The translations under genes were made by a program, and so were the position numbers. Below are positions 32,901-46,600 of a stretch of DNA of 64,000 nt, one piece after another. This DNA comes from Okamejei kenojei (taxonomy: Eukaryota). Position 1 is the first letter of the stretch, and each line of letters begins with the position of its first letter. The stretch is from NCBI GenBank assembly GCA_035221665.1, contig CM069168.1, positions 17,484,001-17,548,000 of the forward strand. Direction: 5' to 3'. Under the pieces are notes generated by a model. The model did not search any database. It was not told the DNA's origin and worked only from the letters and a program-made list of their open reading frames with translations.

Positions 32901-35900
32901 CTGGCACACACCACCTTCCTTCTGTGTAAAACTGAAAAACTTGCCCCACACATCTCCTTTAAACATTGGTAGACAAAAGTGCTGGAGAAACTCAGCGGGT
33001 GCAGCAGCATCTATGGAGCGAAGGAAATAGGCAACGTTTCAGGCCGAAACCCTTCTTCAGACTGATGTAGGGTGCGGGGAGAAGAAAGGAAAAAGGAGGA
33101 GGAGGAGCCCGAGGGCTGAGGGAGAGCTGAGAAGGGGAGGAGACAGCGAGGGCTACCGGAAATTGGAGAATTCAATGTTTATGCCGCTAGGGTGCAGACT
33201 GCCCAAGCGGAATATGAGGTGCTGCTCCTCCAATTTCCGGTGGTGCTCACTCTGGCCATGGCGGAGGCCCAGGACAGAAAGGTCAGATTCGGAATGGGAG
33301 GGGGAGTTGAAGTGCTGAGCCACCGGGAGATCAGGTTGGTTAATGCGGACCGAGCGGAGGTGTTCGGCGAAACGATTGCCAAGCCTACGCTTGGTCTCAC
33401 CGATGTAGATCAGCTGACATCTAGAGCAGCGGATGCAATAGATGAGGTTGGAGGAACTCTCCTTTAAACATTGCCTGCACATGATCACTGCATATCCACG
33501 TAATTTTGCCACAGTAGAGTTGAAGTGAATGAAAGATCTGCCACACAGTCACGAATGTCACTTCTGCTTTTACGTAGCATCGTGAATTTTATCGTTTATT
33601 TTTGTCTCTTTTACTCTTTAGGCTATAGCTCTGCGGGAGGTGGAAAAATTAGATTCTAAATATGTCGCCACCGTTTGTGGCAGCTTCAGACGAGGTTGGT
33701 ACATTCTGCTTTCTGCATTAGCAAAGTGAAAAATGGCAAATGGAAAACTTGTTTGTGTGCCTAAACCAGGATACCATTTGATGATTTTCTTAACATTTTC
33801 TTGCCTATTTTTTAAATGTTGTCTGCTTTAAAAGTAGATTAAAAAAAGAATTGGATCAAATTGCCAAGGATGTGTGCAAATTCACCGTGTGCTGAAGGCG
33901 ACCGGATAAGCTCTCACTCTGGTTGATCGTGGGTCTTGAAAAAAACAGGAGAACTTATCACTTGTGGTCTTGAGACTTATCCGCTCCTCTCAATGTCTGT
34001 ATCTCTACCACATCTACTCCCAAGATGAGGCTTTTCATCCTAATTTTGAGGAAGGACATCCTTGTGATTGAGGCAGTGCAGCGTAGGTTCTCGAGATTGA
34101 TCCCTGGGATGGCGGGACTGTCATATGAGGAAAGATTGAAAAGACTAGGCTTGTATGCACTGGAGTTAGAAGGATGAGGGGGTTTCTTATAGAAACATAT
34201 ACAATTATAAAAGGACTGGACAAGCTAGATGCAGGAAAAATGTTCCCAATGTTGGGCGAGTCTAGAACCAGGGGCCACAGTCTTAGAATAAAGGGGAAGC
34301 CATTTAAGACTGAGGTGAGAAAAAACGTTTTCACCCAGAGAGTTGTGAATTTGTGGAATTCCCTGCCACAGAGGGCAGTGGAGGCCAAGTCACTAATGGA
34401 TTTAAGAGAGATATAGCTCTAGGGGCTAGTGGAATCAAGGGATATGGGGAGAAGGCAGACACAGGTTATTGATTCAGCCATGATCACAATGAATGGTGGT
34501 GCTGGTTCGAAGGGCCGAATGGCCTCCTCCTGCACCTATTTTCTATGTTTCTATGTATTCTTTCGTTAGTAAACATGGTTTCCTCTCCCGCTGTCATGGA
34601 TGGATCCTTGAACTGTGTCTTCTCCGTGGCCAGTGGTTCTGCTTAAGCTCCCCTTCCCCCCAGACGCAACTAGGACAGAGTTCCTCTCGTCCTCATTTTT
34701 CACCCCACTGGCCTCTGCATCCAACACATCGTTTCTACTTAATAACATTTATAATACTTTCCTTTAAAGTGATTGAGCTGATAGAGGACGTGCTGTTACA
34801 CTTTCATGACGACCAGTTAATCTTTATCTGTTCCCTCTGGAAGGCAACTCCGGACTGTCAAAGCTGCCACAGCCAGACATAAAAACAGTTTTTATCCACG
34901 AGTAGTTGTTCTACTCAACAGCCAAAAATCTGTAGCCTCCCTTTTTTTTGTTGGTTCACATGCTTGATCAATGGTGTTTTATCATTAATGTTTTATTATT
35001 ATGAATGTTTAGTGTTTTCTGAGTCATTCGTAACTGTCACTATGTCATGTTGTTACTTGTGGGCGGAGCACCAAGGCAAATTCCTTGTATGTGAATACTT
35101 GGCCAATAAACTTACTTACTTACTATTTCTATTTGTTTAATGACTACTAAATGCAACAAAAATGTAGGGAGTGTGGATCAAAAGCAATATTCCTCAGTGT
35201 TCTCTCTTGTTCTCAGGCGCTGAGTCCAGTGGTGATATGGATATTCTCTTGACTCATCCGGACTATACCTCGGAATCATTAAAAAAAGTAAGTTGATTAC
35301 TAGAGATGTCAGTTTACAATGTCATGTGTTAGTGTTCAGCATGTACATAATCACCATCATGTCATAGAGTTTCAGCTGTAAGCAGTTGTTGTCCATCACC
35401 GCATAATTTCAACAGACAGGCACATGGTTTATGTTTTGCCATTGCTACAGTCCGCGTTCTTGTAAAGATTCTAACAGTGAGGATTAGTTGTGCCTGAGTC
35501 TGGCCCTTGTCCGGAAACAGGGATAAACTAGAACTAGTGTGAATGGGTCGATTTGAACTTGGTGGGCGAAAGGGCCTACTTCCATGCTGTCTCCCTAAAC
35601 GGGTGGATGGAATACTGTCCCCTTGCCTGAATGGGTGCGCATCCATTATTTTTGAAAAGCATCTAGGTCAAAGTGGTCAAGTACGAGAATGCCGAGAACA
35701 AAGGGGCCCTGGAGTGGAGGGCAATCGAGAACGGGGGGGGGCGCTGAGAACGATGGGGGAATGGGGCCATTGGGGCAAATAAAGGGGTACTCTGTAACTT
35801 TGTCGGCCCCCCTTATGTGGCGACCCTTTGTATGCCATGGTTTGCAAAACTCCCCCTCCCATTCCGAATCCGAACATTCTGTCCTGGGCCTCCTCCATTG

Positions 35901-38900
35901 CCAGAGTGAGGCCCAGCGAAAATTGGAGGAGCAGCACCTCATATTTCGCTTGGGCAGGTTAAACCCCAGCGGTATGAACATTGACTTCTCTAATTTGAGA
36001 TAGTCCTTGCTTTCTCCCACCTTCCCCTCCCCCTTCCCAGCTCTCCCACAGCCCACTGTCTCCACCTCTTCCTTTCTTTCTTTCCCCCCCGGACATCAGT
36101 CTGAAGAAGGGTCTCAACCCGAAACGTCGCCTATTCCTTCACTGCATAGATGCTGCCTCACCCACTGAGTTTCCTCAGCATTTTTGTCTACCTTCGATTT
36201 TTCCAGCATCTGCAGTTCTTTCTTAAACATCAGTATATGGGTTTCAGTTGTACAAGAAGATGATTCATCATCGCAGGCATATTTGGCAATGGATGGACAA
36301 GTTGCGTTGGCCTTGGCTGTGAATGAATAATGAAAAGCTATTCCTGTTTCTGCTGGCCTGCTCCATCGGCAGTGTAGTCTATTATTATAATCCCTGAATA
36401 AATTTAAATGGTTTAATTGACCTCTCCCCATTTAATTACAGAGTGTCTGAGGAACTCTGCAGGTCAGGTAGCATCTGTGGGGGGAGTGGACACTGCATGA
36501 TCTGTTGACTTCCTTTTGTGTTTTGCTTGAGATTCAAGCACCTGCAGTTTCTTGTGTCCCCATTCTACCTACCCTATGATAAGGTGTGTGCTTCCTATAG
36601 CTAGTCAAGGCCATGCATTTTGTTCACATTCAGGCATTCAACAGCAGAGGGCACTGTACTTCTTCCCTAGGATGCAGATAGACTGAAGGAATTAGATGCT
36701 AGTGCTGAACTCAAATTGCTTTAAACGGTTTTTAATTGCTGAAAACCGTGTCTTTGCAAGAGGATGCTCACCTTCATCACGTTGCAATATGAAACTACAG
36801 AATAAAGACTGAATGCTTTAAAATAGGAAATAAATCCTGCAGACCTGGCTACGATTAAGGCTATCTTTGGTCACCTTTTGAAGGAAATTGTGAAAAGTTC
36901 AGTTTAGTTTATTGAGGTACAGTGAAAAGCTTTTGTAGCGTGCTATCCAGTCAGCAGAAGAACAATACATGATTACAATGGAGCCATTCGCAGTGTTTAG
37001 ATACATGGTAAGAAAATAAAGTTCAGTGCAAGGTAAAGCTAGGAATATCTGATCAAAGATAGTCTGAGGTAGACAAAAATGCTGGAGAAACTCAGTGGGT
37101 GAGGCAGCGTCTATGGAGCGAAGGAATAGGTGACCCGAAATGGCACCTATTCCTTCGCTCCATAGATGCTGCCTCACCCGCTGAGTTTCTCCAGCATTTT
37201 TGTCCACCTTCGATTTTTCCAGCATCTGCAGTCCTTTCTTAAAGATAGTCTGAGGATCACCAATGGGGTGGATTCAGTTGCCTGATAACAGCTGGGAAGA
37301 AACTGTCCCTGAATCTGGAGGTGTGCGTTTTCACACTTCTGTACCTTTTGCCCGATGGGAGAGGGGAGAAGAGGGAGTGGCCAGGGTACAACTCGCCCAT
37401 GCTGATGTTGGCAAAAGGGAGCGTGTGACCTGCTACCGTTTTGAGTGAAGAATTGGCATTCTTAAAATGATACCAATCAAATTAAGTCCAAATTTGAAGC
37501 CGTCTATAATCAGTTTTTGTCATAGAAAATTAATTCAAATTGTTTAGAAGTTACTTGGATCCAGGAAAGTAACTTGCGACCTTACTATATATATATAGCT
37601 CAATGCAATTAAAATAGAAAGTGCTGGAAATATTTAACATTCCCGGCAGCATCTTAGATGAAACAGCATTAACATGTTAGGTCAACAACCTTTCATTCAC
37701 ATGTTGCCCATTGACCTGAACAGGTGCATTTGTGCATGTCTTCCCTTGTTGGTGGACATTCACTTAATGAATCTTCACAACAGCAAAGGGTTCTATTTAA
37801 CCTGACCCCTCGCTTCGTGAATGTTTCGATGAGCTCAAGGAGGCAGCCCACCACCACCGTATCGAGTGGAACTAAGGATGGGCAATGTCCAGTTCTTCAA
37901 AATGAATTTCAAAAAGGTGTCCTGCTCATCATGTTATTCAACCATGCCTTTTTTATATCATTACTAATGTATAATTGAGCCTGTCATACCAACTTGATTG
38001 GAGTTGAGGTAGAGTAATTAGATCAAATTTTGCAATGCAAGAATAATTTCAAAGCTACTTTCACATGACAGCTTTAGGCCATTCTCAATATTGAATGTAG
38101 ACACAAATGCTGGAGAAACTCAGCGGGTGCAGCAGCATGGAGCGAAGGATTTTTTTTCTTCGCTCCATAGATGCTGCTGCACCCGCTGAGTTTCTCCAGC
38201 ATTTTTGTCTACTTTCGATTTTCCAGCATCTGCAGTTCCATCTTAAACTCAATATTGAATGGATTGTTCCGATTCCATTTTCAGGTTTCTTGCATAAATA
38301 AATGTCACCTGGATGCTGTCTGGTTTAGTTTTTCATTGTCACGAGGCAAAGCTTTTTTGTTGTGTGCTGTCCAGTCAGCGAAAAGACTATACGTGATTAC
38401 AATCAAGCTATCCACGGGTATGCTTGATGATGAGTGAACACCTTTTTGAAATTCATTTTAAAGATACAAAGTGAAGGATTTCCCAAGGAACAGTACATTA
38501 ACAGAAATAGAGTGTGAGAAAATTGGCTGGGGAAAGAAATCCGACAAAAATGCTGAGCGACTTAAAAGATTTACTTTGAACCATTTGGACGGTTTCATGT
38601 TAACATCATGCCATGCAACGTTACCACATTTTGTAATAAATTTGTTTACAAGCATCGAGGCTACATGTGCATTTAATTTTAATCCCACTTCACTAGCCAT
38701 TGTAAGGAACCATCTGACTGTTCACATCATTAAATCGTGCATAGTAGCACCATTATTGTATGTCGTTTGATAAATGGGATTCTAGTTTGATCACTGACTT
38801 TGCTAATTCAGTCCTCACAAATGGACACAGCAAGGAAACTAAATCCAGCCTTGCTAGGCTACTTACTAGAATGCCAGAAGAAGATTGGAGCAAAAGGGTT

Positions 38901-40660
38901 TGGACAAATGGGGAAGTAGCTATTCCTGAACCTGGTCGTTGCAGTTCTCAGGCTCCTGTACCTTCTACCCGAAGGTAGCAGGGAGATGAGTGTGTGGCCA
39001 GGGTGGTGTGGGTCCTTGATGATGCTGCCAGCCTTTTTGAGGCAGCGACTGTGGTAGATCCCCTCGATGGAAGGAAGGTCAGAGCCAATGATGGACTGGG
39101 CAGTGTTTACTACTTTTTGTAGTCTTTTCCTCTCCAGGGCACTTAAGTTGCCGAACCAAGCCTCGATGCAACCGGTCAGCAAGCTCTCTACTGTGCCCCT
39201 GTAGAGGTTAGAGAGAGTCCTCCTGGACAGACCGACTCTCCGTAATCTTCTCAGGAAGTAGAGGCGCTGATGAGCTTTCTTAATAATTGCATCTGTGTTC
39301 TCGGACCAGAAAAGATCTTCACAGATGTGCACGCCCAGGAATTTGAAGCTCTTGACCCTTTCAACCATGTTGATATAAACAGGACTGTGGGTCCCCATCC
39401 TACTTCCAAAGTCCACAATCAGTTCCTTGGTTTTGCTGGTGTTGAGGGCCAGGTTATTGTGCTGGCACCATATGGACAGTCGCTCGATCCCTCTTCTGTA
39501 CTCCGACTCATCCCCATCAGTCTCACAACAGTGGTGTCGTCAGCGAACTTGATGATGGAGTTCACAATCTGACCGGCTACGCAGTCATGAGTATAGAGTG
39601 AGTACAGCAGTGGTCCAGAGCGGAGTGGAGGGCCAGCAAGATCGCGTCCACCGTTGATCTGTTGTGGCGGTAAGCGAACTGCAGTGGGTCCAGGTTTTTG
39701 TCGAGGTAGGAGTTGATTTGCGCCATGATCAACCTCTCGAAGCACTTCATCACCACAGGCGTTAGTGCCACAGGTCGATAGTCATTGCGGCACGTCACCT
39801 TACTCTTCTTGGGCACCGGTATAATTGATGCCCTTTTGAGGCATCAAAGAAATCCTACATCGGGGTTGGTAACGATGAATTTTGATTTCAGCAAAGTAGA
39901 CATGAGTCACAGAGTTGCGTGGAAGCAGACCCTTTGAGCTATTGAGAAGGAGGAGCTATTAGATATCGGGGTGATATTTTGCCTGGCATGGATGAGATCT
40001 CTCTCAGTTGCCATGGCAATTAAGGGAGCCGTTACAAAGATTTTTGCTGGATTGGTGTGGATGAGAAAAAGTTTGGCATGGACTCGATGGGCCAAAGGGC
40101 CTGTTTATGCACTGTGCAATTCCATGACTCTATACTGAAACACGAACTCATCCATTTGTGAAGTCAGGAACTCAGTTGTTCAGACAGCAGTTGCGGAGGG
40201 AATGGGCAAGCAACATGAAGTGCTGGAGGACCTCAGCATGTCAGGCAGCAACCGTGCAGTGTTCATCCCTCCCTCCCTAGATGCTGACTGTCCCTCTGTG
40301 ATCCTCCAGTACTTGTTTTTTTTTGTTCAAAACTCAGGCATCTGCAGTTTTTGTGTCTCTTTATTTCTGAATATCCAGTGAGTTGTCTTTTAATATAAAA
40401 TAATCAATAAATGCAGCAAAATATCTCTGCTGAATAGCAAGTTTAGCCTGATCTTTGCCAATTTCCATTGACTTATTTTATCTATGAACATGCTGTTCTT
40501 TCATTTTTATTTTATTTACTTGGGTGGGGACGCTGAGACCACAGGATTTATGTTATTCCCTTTCAGCAACAATCCCCTCACAACAAAACAGTCGCTCATC
40601 AAGCAAGTGGGAAAATAAATAGAATTCTCACATTTTTATGAGATTATGTTAACCTATATT

Positions 40661-40698
<38 letters not shown>

Positions 40699-43600
40699 TG
40701 CAATGCAATTAAACACTCATGTTTTCCAGAACAGAAAAAAATAGAAAATATTCACCAGTTCTAGCCATTTATGTCGCACATAGAATAGAACAACAGACTT
40801 AACATTTAGTCAGTGATAGCCATTTGGCCCAAAGGATAATGACTGTATGTACCATGTGTGCCTAATACTGTGACCCTGCATTTTAATTGAATGTCATTTG
40901 GGATAAGAGGAGATTGGCCAGGCTAACAAATGCAGAGATGATAAGGCGTTTAGTATTTAGAGGTGCTAATATCTTTACAGCCTACGATTTACGGTATTCA
41001 ATTCTTTGTCGCTTTCCACCTCTTAGCACGGAGGATAAATTCCAGACTGGAAAATAATGTATAAATGGAGAGAGAGAGGAAGCAATCTTTCTCTATATGG
41101 TTTACTATAATATAGTCATACAGCACGGAAACAGGCCCTTCCTTCAGCCCATGCTGACAAAGTTCTCTCGTCTACACTCATCCCACCTGCCCATGTATGG
41201 CCCAGATCCCTCTGAGCCTTTCCTAACCATGTACTTGTCCAAATGCCTTTTAAATGTTGTTTATAACACTTTTTATCAACTACCTCCTCTGGCAGCTCGT
41301 TCCACTTACCCACCACCTCCGTGAAGGCGACTGTGGAGGCCTCAATAGGCCCGACTATGGGTGGACATGGGATGGGGACTGGACTTTGTGCTTCCCTCAT
41401 AATGGGAACCATTGTGGGGGGAAGTTTTTTCTGTTTAAATCTCTTTATTATTGTTATGTCTGTATTTCTTTTTAATGCGCTGCATTGGCAAGAAGCATTT
41501 CACTACACCTATGGTGTATGTGACCAATAAATAACTGTTGAACCTTTGAACCCTCTTTGTGAAAAGTCACCCCTTGGGTTCCTATTAAATCTTCACCCTC
41601 TCACCTTAAACCTATGTCCTCTAGTTCTTGATTTCCCCTTGTCTCGTTAAAACACTCTGTCCTTTCACCCTATCTAGTCCCCTCATCTTACACACCTCTA
41701 TAAGGTCACTCCTCATCCTCCTGCGCTCCATGGAATGAAGTCCTTGCCTGCCCAACCTCTCCCTGTAGCTCAGTCCCTCGAGTCCTGGCATCATCCTTGG
41801 AAATCTTCACTGCACTCTTTCCAGCTTAAAAGCATCAAAAAGATCAATTTGTATTAGCACCAACAGATAGAGCTCTCAGGGTTATTTCACTAGCCTTTCT
41901 GTGGAATATAAATATTTGGGGAGCACGGTGGCACAGCGGTAGAGTTCTATATTCTATGTTTTGTGTTATTCTGTAGATTGGCAAACCTCTTAGAAATGTA
42001 GAAGGTGGTTTATGATATGAACTGCAGTTTATTGAATTGTCTTAGAGCTCTCATTGCCAGTAAAGTTTTGGGGAGCAAATTAACTTCTTATTAAATATTC
42101 AAGTGAGTTGTGGACAAGACTCGGCAACAATACTGAAGTTTGTGTCCTTTGAAAATTGCAATAGATTTGAACTGTATAAGAATAAAATGAACTTGCCTCC
42201 AATTGTCCCCACCAGCTAAATAATTGCACAGATTAATATTATTTGAGATCCACTGGAGCTCAGTTACTGAGATTTCTTTTGGATCTTTTGCAGCCAAAGC
42301 TTCTTCATAAAGTTGTGGAATGCCTGGAAGCAACAGGTTTCGTCACCAACACCCTTTCCAAGGGAGATTCCAAATTCATGGTAAGTAATATTTCTCCAGT
42401 TGCTGCAATGAGAAAATGATAAACAAATGCAGAATTTTTTTTTGTTTGTCTGGTATTGTCTCTCTTTCACTTATTGTATTAAAATCACAATTAAAATGAT
42501 GGAAGAGTGGATTTTAGATGACTTCATCAAATATGTATAGACAGATATCCTAGTCATAATCATAGACCTGTGGTGACACAGTGGCGCAGCGGTAGAGTTG
42601 CTGCCTTGCAGCTCTTGCAGCGCCAGAGACCCGGGTTCGATCCTGACTGCGGGTGCTGTCTGTACGGAGTTTGTACTTTCTCGCTGTGACCGTGTGTGTT
42701 TTCTCCGAGATCTTCGGTATCCTCCCACACTCCAAAGATGTACAGGTTTGTAGGTCAATTGGCTTGGGTTTGTATACTTGGTATAGGTGTCCCTAGTGTG
42801 TGTAGACTTGTGTTAATGTGTGGGGATCGCTGGTCGGTGCGGACTCGGTGGGCCGAAGGGCCTGTTTGTGCACTGTATCTCTAAACTAGACTGTGTTCGG
42901 CATGGAAGCAGGCCCTTCAGCCCACCTTGTCATATTGAGCTAGTCCCATTTGCCTGCGTTTGTCCCTTAGCCCTCTAAACCATTCCTGTCTATCCTGTCT
43001 AAATGTCTTTTAAAAGTCATAATTCTATCCACTTCCATAGCTTCCTCCGGTTCTTTCCAGATATGGACTACACTCTGAGTGAAAACGATTCCCCTGAAGT
43101 CCCTCATAAATCTCTTCCTTAAGACATAGGCTTAAGATCATCACGATCTCAAAGTTATGCCGTCTAGTTTTAGATTCCTCGACTCTGAAATACATTGTGA
43201 ACGTTCACATTATCCATGCCTCTCAGGATCTTGTACATCTTAATAATGTCACCCCTCGCCCTCCTATGCTCCAAAGAAAAAGGTCCTAGCCTATCTAACC
43301 TCTCCATGTAATTCAAGCCTGCAAACCCAGGCAACATCCAGATGAATCTACGCTGCAACCTTTCCAGCTGAATGATATCTTTCATTTAGCTGGGTGACTA
43401 GAACTCCATATTGTACTCCATTCAGTATTCAGTGCTGGATAGTTTTGGGGCCATTGCTTTGATGACAAATTAGACTTTGGACTTTGTCTGTGGAACTGGT
43501 GCGCTACAATGCTGAGAACTACATTCTGCACTCTGTATCTTCCCCTGTGCTCTATCTATTGTACTTGAGATTAACTTGATTGTATTTATATCTAGTATTA

Positions 43601-46600
43601 CCTGATCTGATTAGATAGCATGCAAAACAAAGCTTTCCACTGTACCTCGGTGCAGGTGACAATAATAAACCTGAAGCAAAACATCTTAAATGCATCGATA
43701 CTATTCATTTCACCCACTCCCTGGAGCAGGGAGTTGCACATTTTCACCACTCTTTTGATATAACAATTTCTTTGGAATGTTCTAATTTCTTGGTAATTGA
43801 ATCACAATAGCTTCTGGTAATACTGTTTCCTGTTTTCCTAAATCTACTCTATCAAAACTTTGAAGATTTTCATTTGCCGTTTTGAATACAAGGAGCCTTA
43901 AAAACAAACGGGTTGAGCTTGAGTTATTGCTAATCAATATGAACCTCTACAAAGGAATGTAAGAGGATGCACTTTGGGTTTCATCCAGATCTTTGAAATC
44001 AAGTCAGTAATGTTTATCTTAAATTGCTTCCTGTGGGTAAACTGACACCTTCATTTTATCATTTCAGTCCTTGCTATTCTTTTAAACTTGAAGCACCTGA
44101 TCTGCGGAAGGTTTTGAACTTTTAATCACATGTTTTCCCACCGCTTTTGAAGTATTCTGACAAGTGTGGCGAGCCTTCTGTGGGAGTGGCAGAACACTGC
44201 TGGTTTACACTTCAGAAGTCTGTTCATTGATCTTGGTTTAAGATCATCATGAAAGACACTGTGGTGTCTGTTCACCTGCGACTCTCGTGGCTTTTGAAAA
44301 CATGAGTTAATTGATTTTACTCGTAAAGAGGTGTGAAGTACAATTTGATACATAAATATCAAAATTAATTTTGGTGTTGAATTACAAGCACAATAACGGT
44401 GTCTTCCAAACAAAGAGCTTATTAACTCTTGTCAAGATGTAAAGTGATTTTGTTGACTGTGACACGGCTCAGATTGCTGTAACAGGCTACAGAGCGAAGT
44501 CGGCAGAGTCTGTGGCAATGACATCCCTCCCTGATGAGCGCAATGTGTTCTGTGGTGATTTTGAACAGTAGATCAATGGGCTGATGTCGACTGCACCAAC
44601 AGCCTCGGGGGTATCTCTACCCACAGTCACCATCACAGACATCAGATTGGTCTTTCTGAGATTGAAACCCCTGGAAACTGACTGGCAAGGAAGGAGACTT
44701 GTCTGTGTCCTCAGAACCTGTACGGACTAGCTGGCAGGAGTATCCACTGACATAATTAATTTCGTCCTACTCCAAACTGAGTTCCCACCTGATTGAAAAA
44801 GACCGCTATCCTCTTGATGACATGGAGAAGCAAGGTAGCGTGCCTTAGTGACTACCGCCCAGTGGATCTGACATCCATTATCAATCAGCATGTGCACATC
44901 ATCTTCAGCCTCCCAGACAACCTTGATCCACTGCCATATGTCCACTGCCGCAACAAGTCCTTGGCAGATGACATCTCCATGGCCCCACCCTCGTCCCCGG
45001 AACATCAGGATAACAAGGACATTGATGTAGATGTGACTCTATTCACTATAGCTCCGCATTCAATGCCATAATTCCAACCAAACTCAAAGGTTATTTTATT
45101 GGTCACATACACCAATTGGTGTAGTGAAATGTTTCTTGCCAATGCAGCACATTTAAAAAAAAAAAAGAATACAGACATAACAGATTGCGTAAATTTGGTG
45201 CATGTACAGATGTGGTGAAGATGTCGCTATTTAGAGCATACTGCACACCCCTCTACACTGCGCACCTGTGGTCGAACTATTTAAAGACAAGTATGCAGAG
45301 ACTAAAGGTGGCATATAACGATGCCATGAGAACACTGCTAAGGCAACCAAGATGGTGTAGTGCCAGTAATATGTTTGTGGCTGCAGGAGTCAGTACTTTA
45401 GAAGCTATTCTAAGACACCACATGTATAAATTCATTTGCAGGATAAATGACTCTAAAAATGTGCTTATTGTGGCCTTGACAAACATAAGGGTTAGCACTA
45501 CACGCTACGAACCCCAGCTGTGGAGACACTGGTATCGTTGTCTCGTTGTACCACATTGATCATTTTCTACTCTGGATTTTTAACTTAAGTATTGTGGTTT
45601 GTTTTTTTATATATAAATATATAAATTATGATGTTTTTTTTATGTGATTTACCATGATTTTATATATATTTATGATATTTGATATGCAATGCATTTTTTA
45701 ATGTAATGTTACCCATTGTCTGGACCTTGAGTCCGTAATAAAGTTATTATTATTATTATTATTATAACAATAATAAAGAGATTTTAAACATAAAAAACAT
45801 CCCCCCACAACTGTTCCCATTATGAGGGAAGGCACCAAGTCCAGTCCCCATCCCATGTCCACCCATAGTCAGGCCTATTGAGGCCTCCGCAGTCGCCTTC
45901 ACGGAGGCCCGATGTTCCAGGCCGTTCTCGCTGGGTGATGGTGCTCCGGCGTCGGGAGAATCCTCTCAGCGGCTTGGGACACCTGGAACGGCCGCTTCCT
46001 TACCGGAGTCCGCGGCTTCCGAAGCCAACAAGGCCGCGCGGGCCACTCGGGTCCAGACTCCTGGATGAAGGGCTCAGCGCGCCCTCTGCAACTGGATCCT
46101 TGACTTCCTGATCCGTAGACTGCAATGAGCAAGGATAGGCAACGAAACATCCTCCAAAATTCTCAACACCAGTGCCCCAAAAGGATGCATTCTCATCCCC
46201 TTTTCTCCATAAACTCTCAAGACTATGTTGCCAAATTCAAGTCGAACTCCATTCATACGTTTGCAGATAACACCACCATGCTGAGCAAGATCTCGAACAA
46301 TGATGAAACAGAGTACAGGAAGGAAACAGAGAGCTTAGTAGCGTCACGCCAAGACAACAACCTCTCCCGCAGTGACAGCAATGTACAAGAGTTGGTCAAT
46401 AACTTCAGGAAGTGGGGTGGTGTACACGCCCAGTCTACATCAGTGGGGACAGTCAGAAGCTTAAGGTTTGCTCGGTGTAAATATCACCCACGACAAGTTT
46501 CACCTACTGTCCCAGCACGGCCAAGAAAGTACACCAACACCTCTACTTCCTCAGAAGGCGCAGTGGTAGAGTTGCTCAGCGAATTACAGCGAATGCAGCT

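Noticed and set aside
33153-33512. Domesticated GIY-YIG nuclease gene
   Set aside because: 5'-truncated, bounded by a TSD, and the ORF start lies in flanking host sequence; an ordinary retroelement fragment.
42580-42645. tRNA-like A and B boxes
   Set aside because: Head of a multi-copy V-SINE with no complete cloverleaf; not a tRNA gene.
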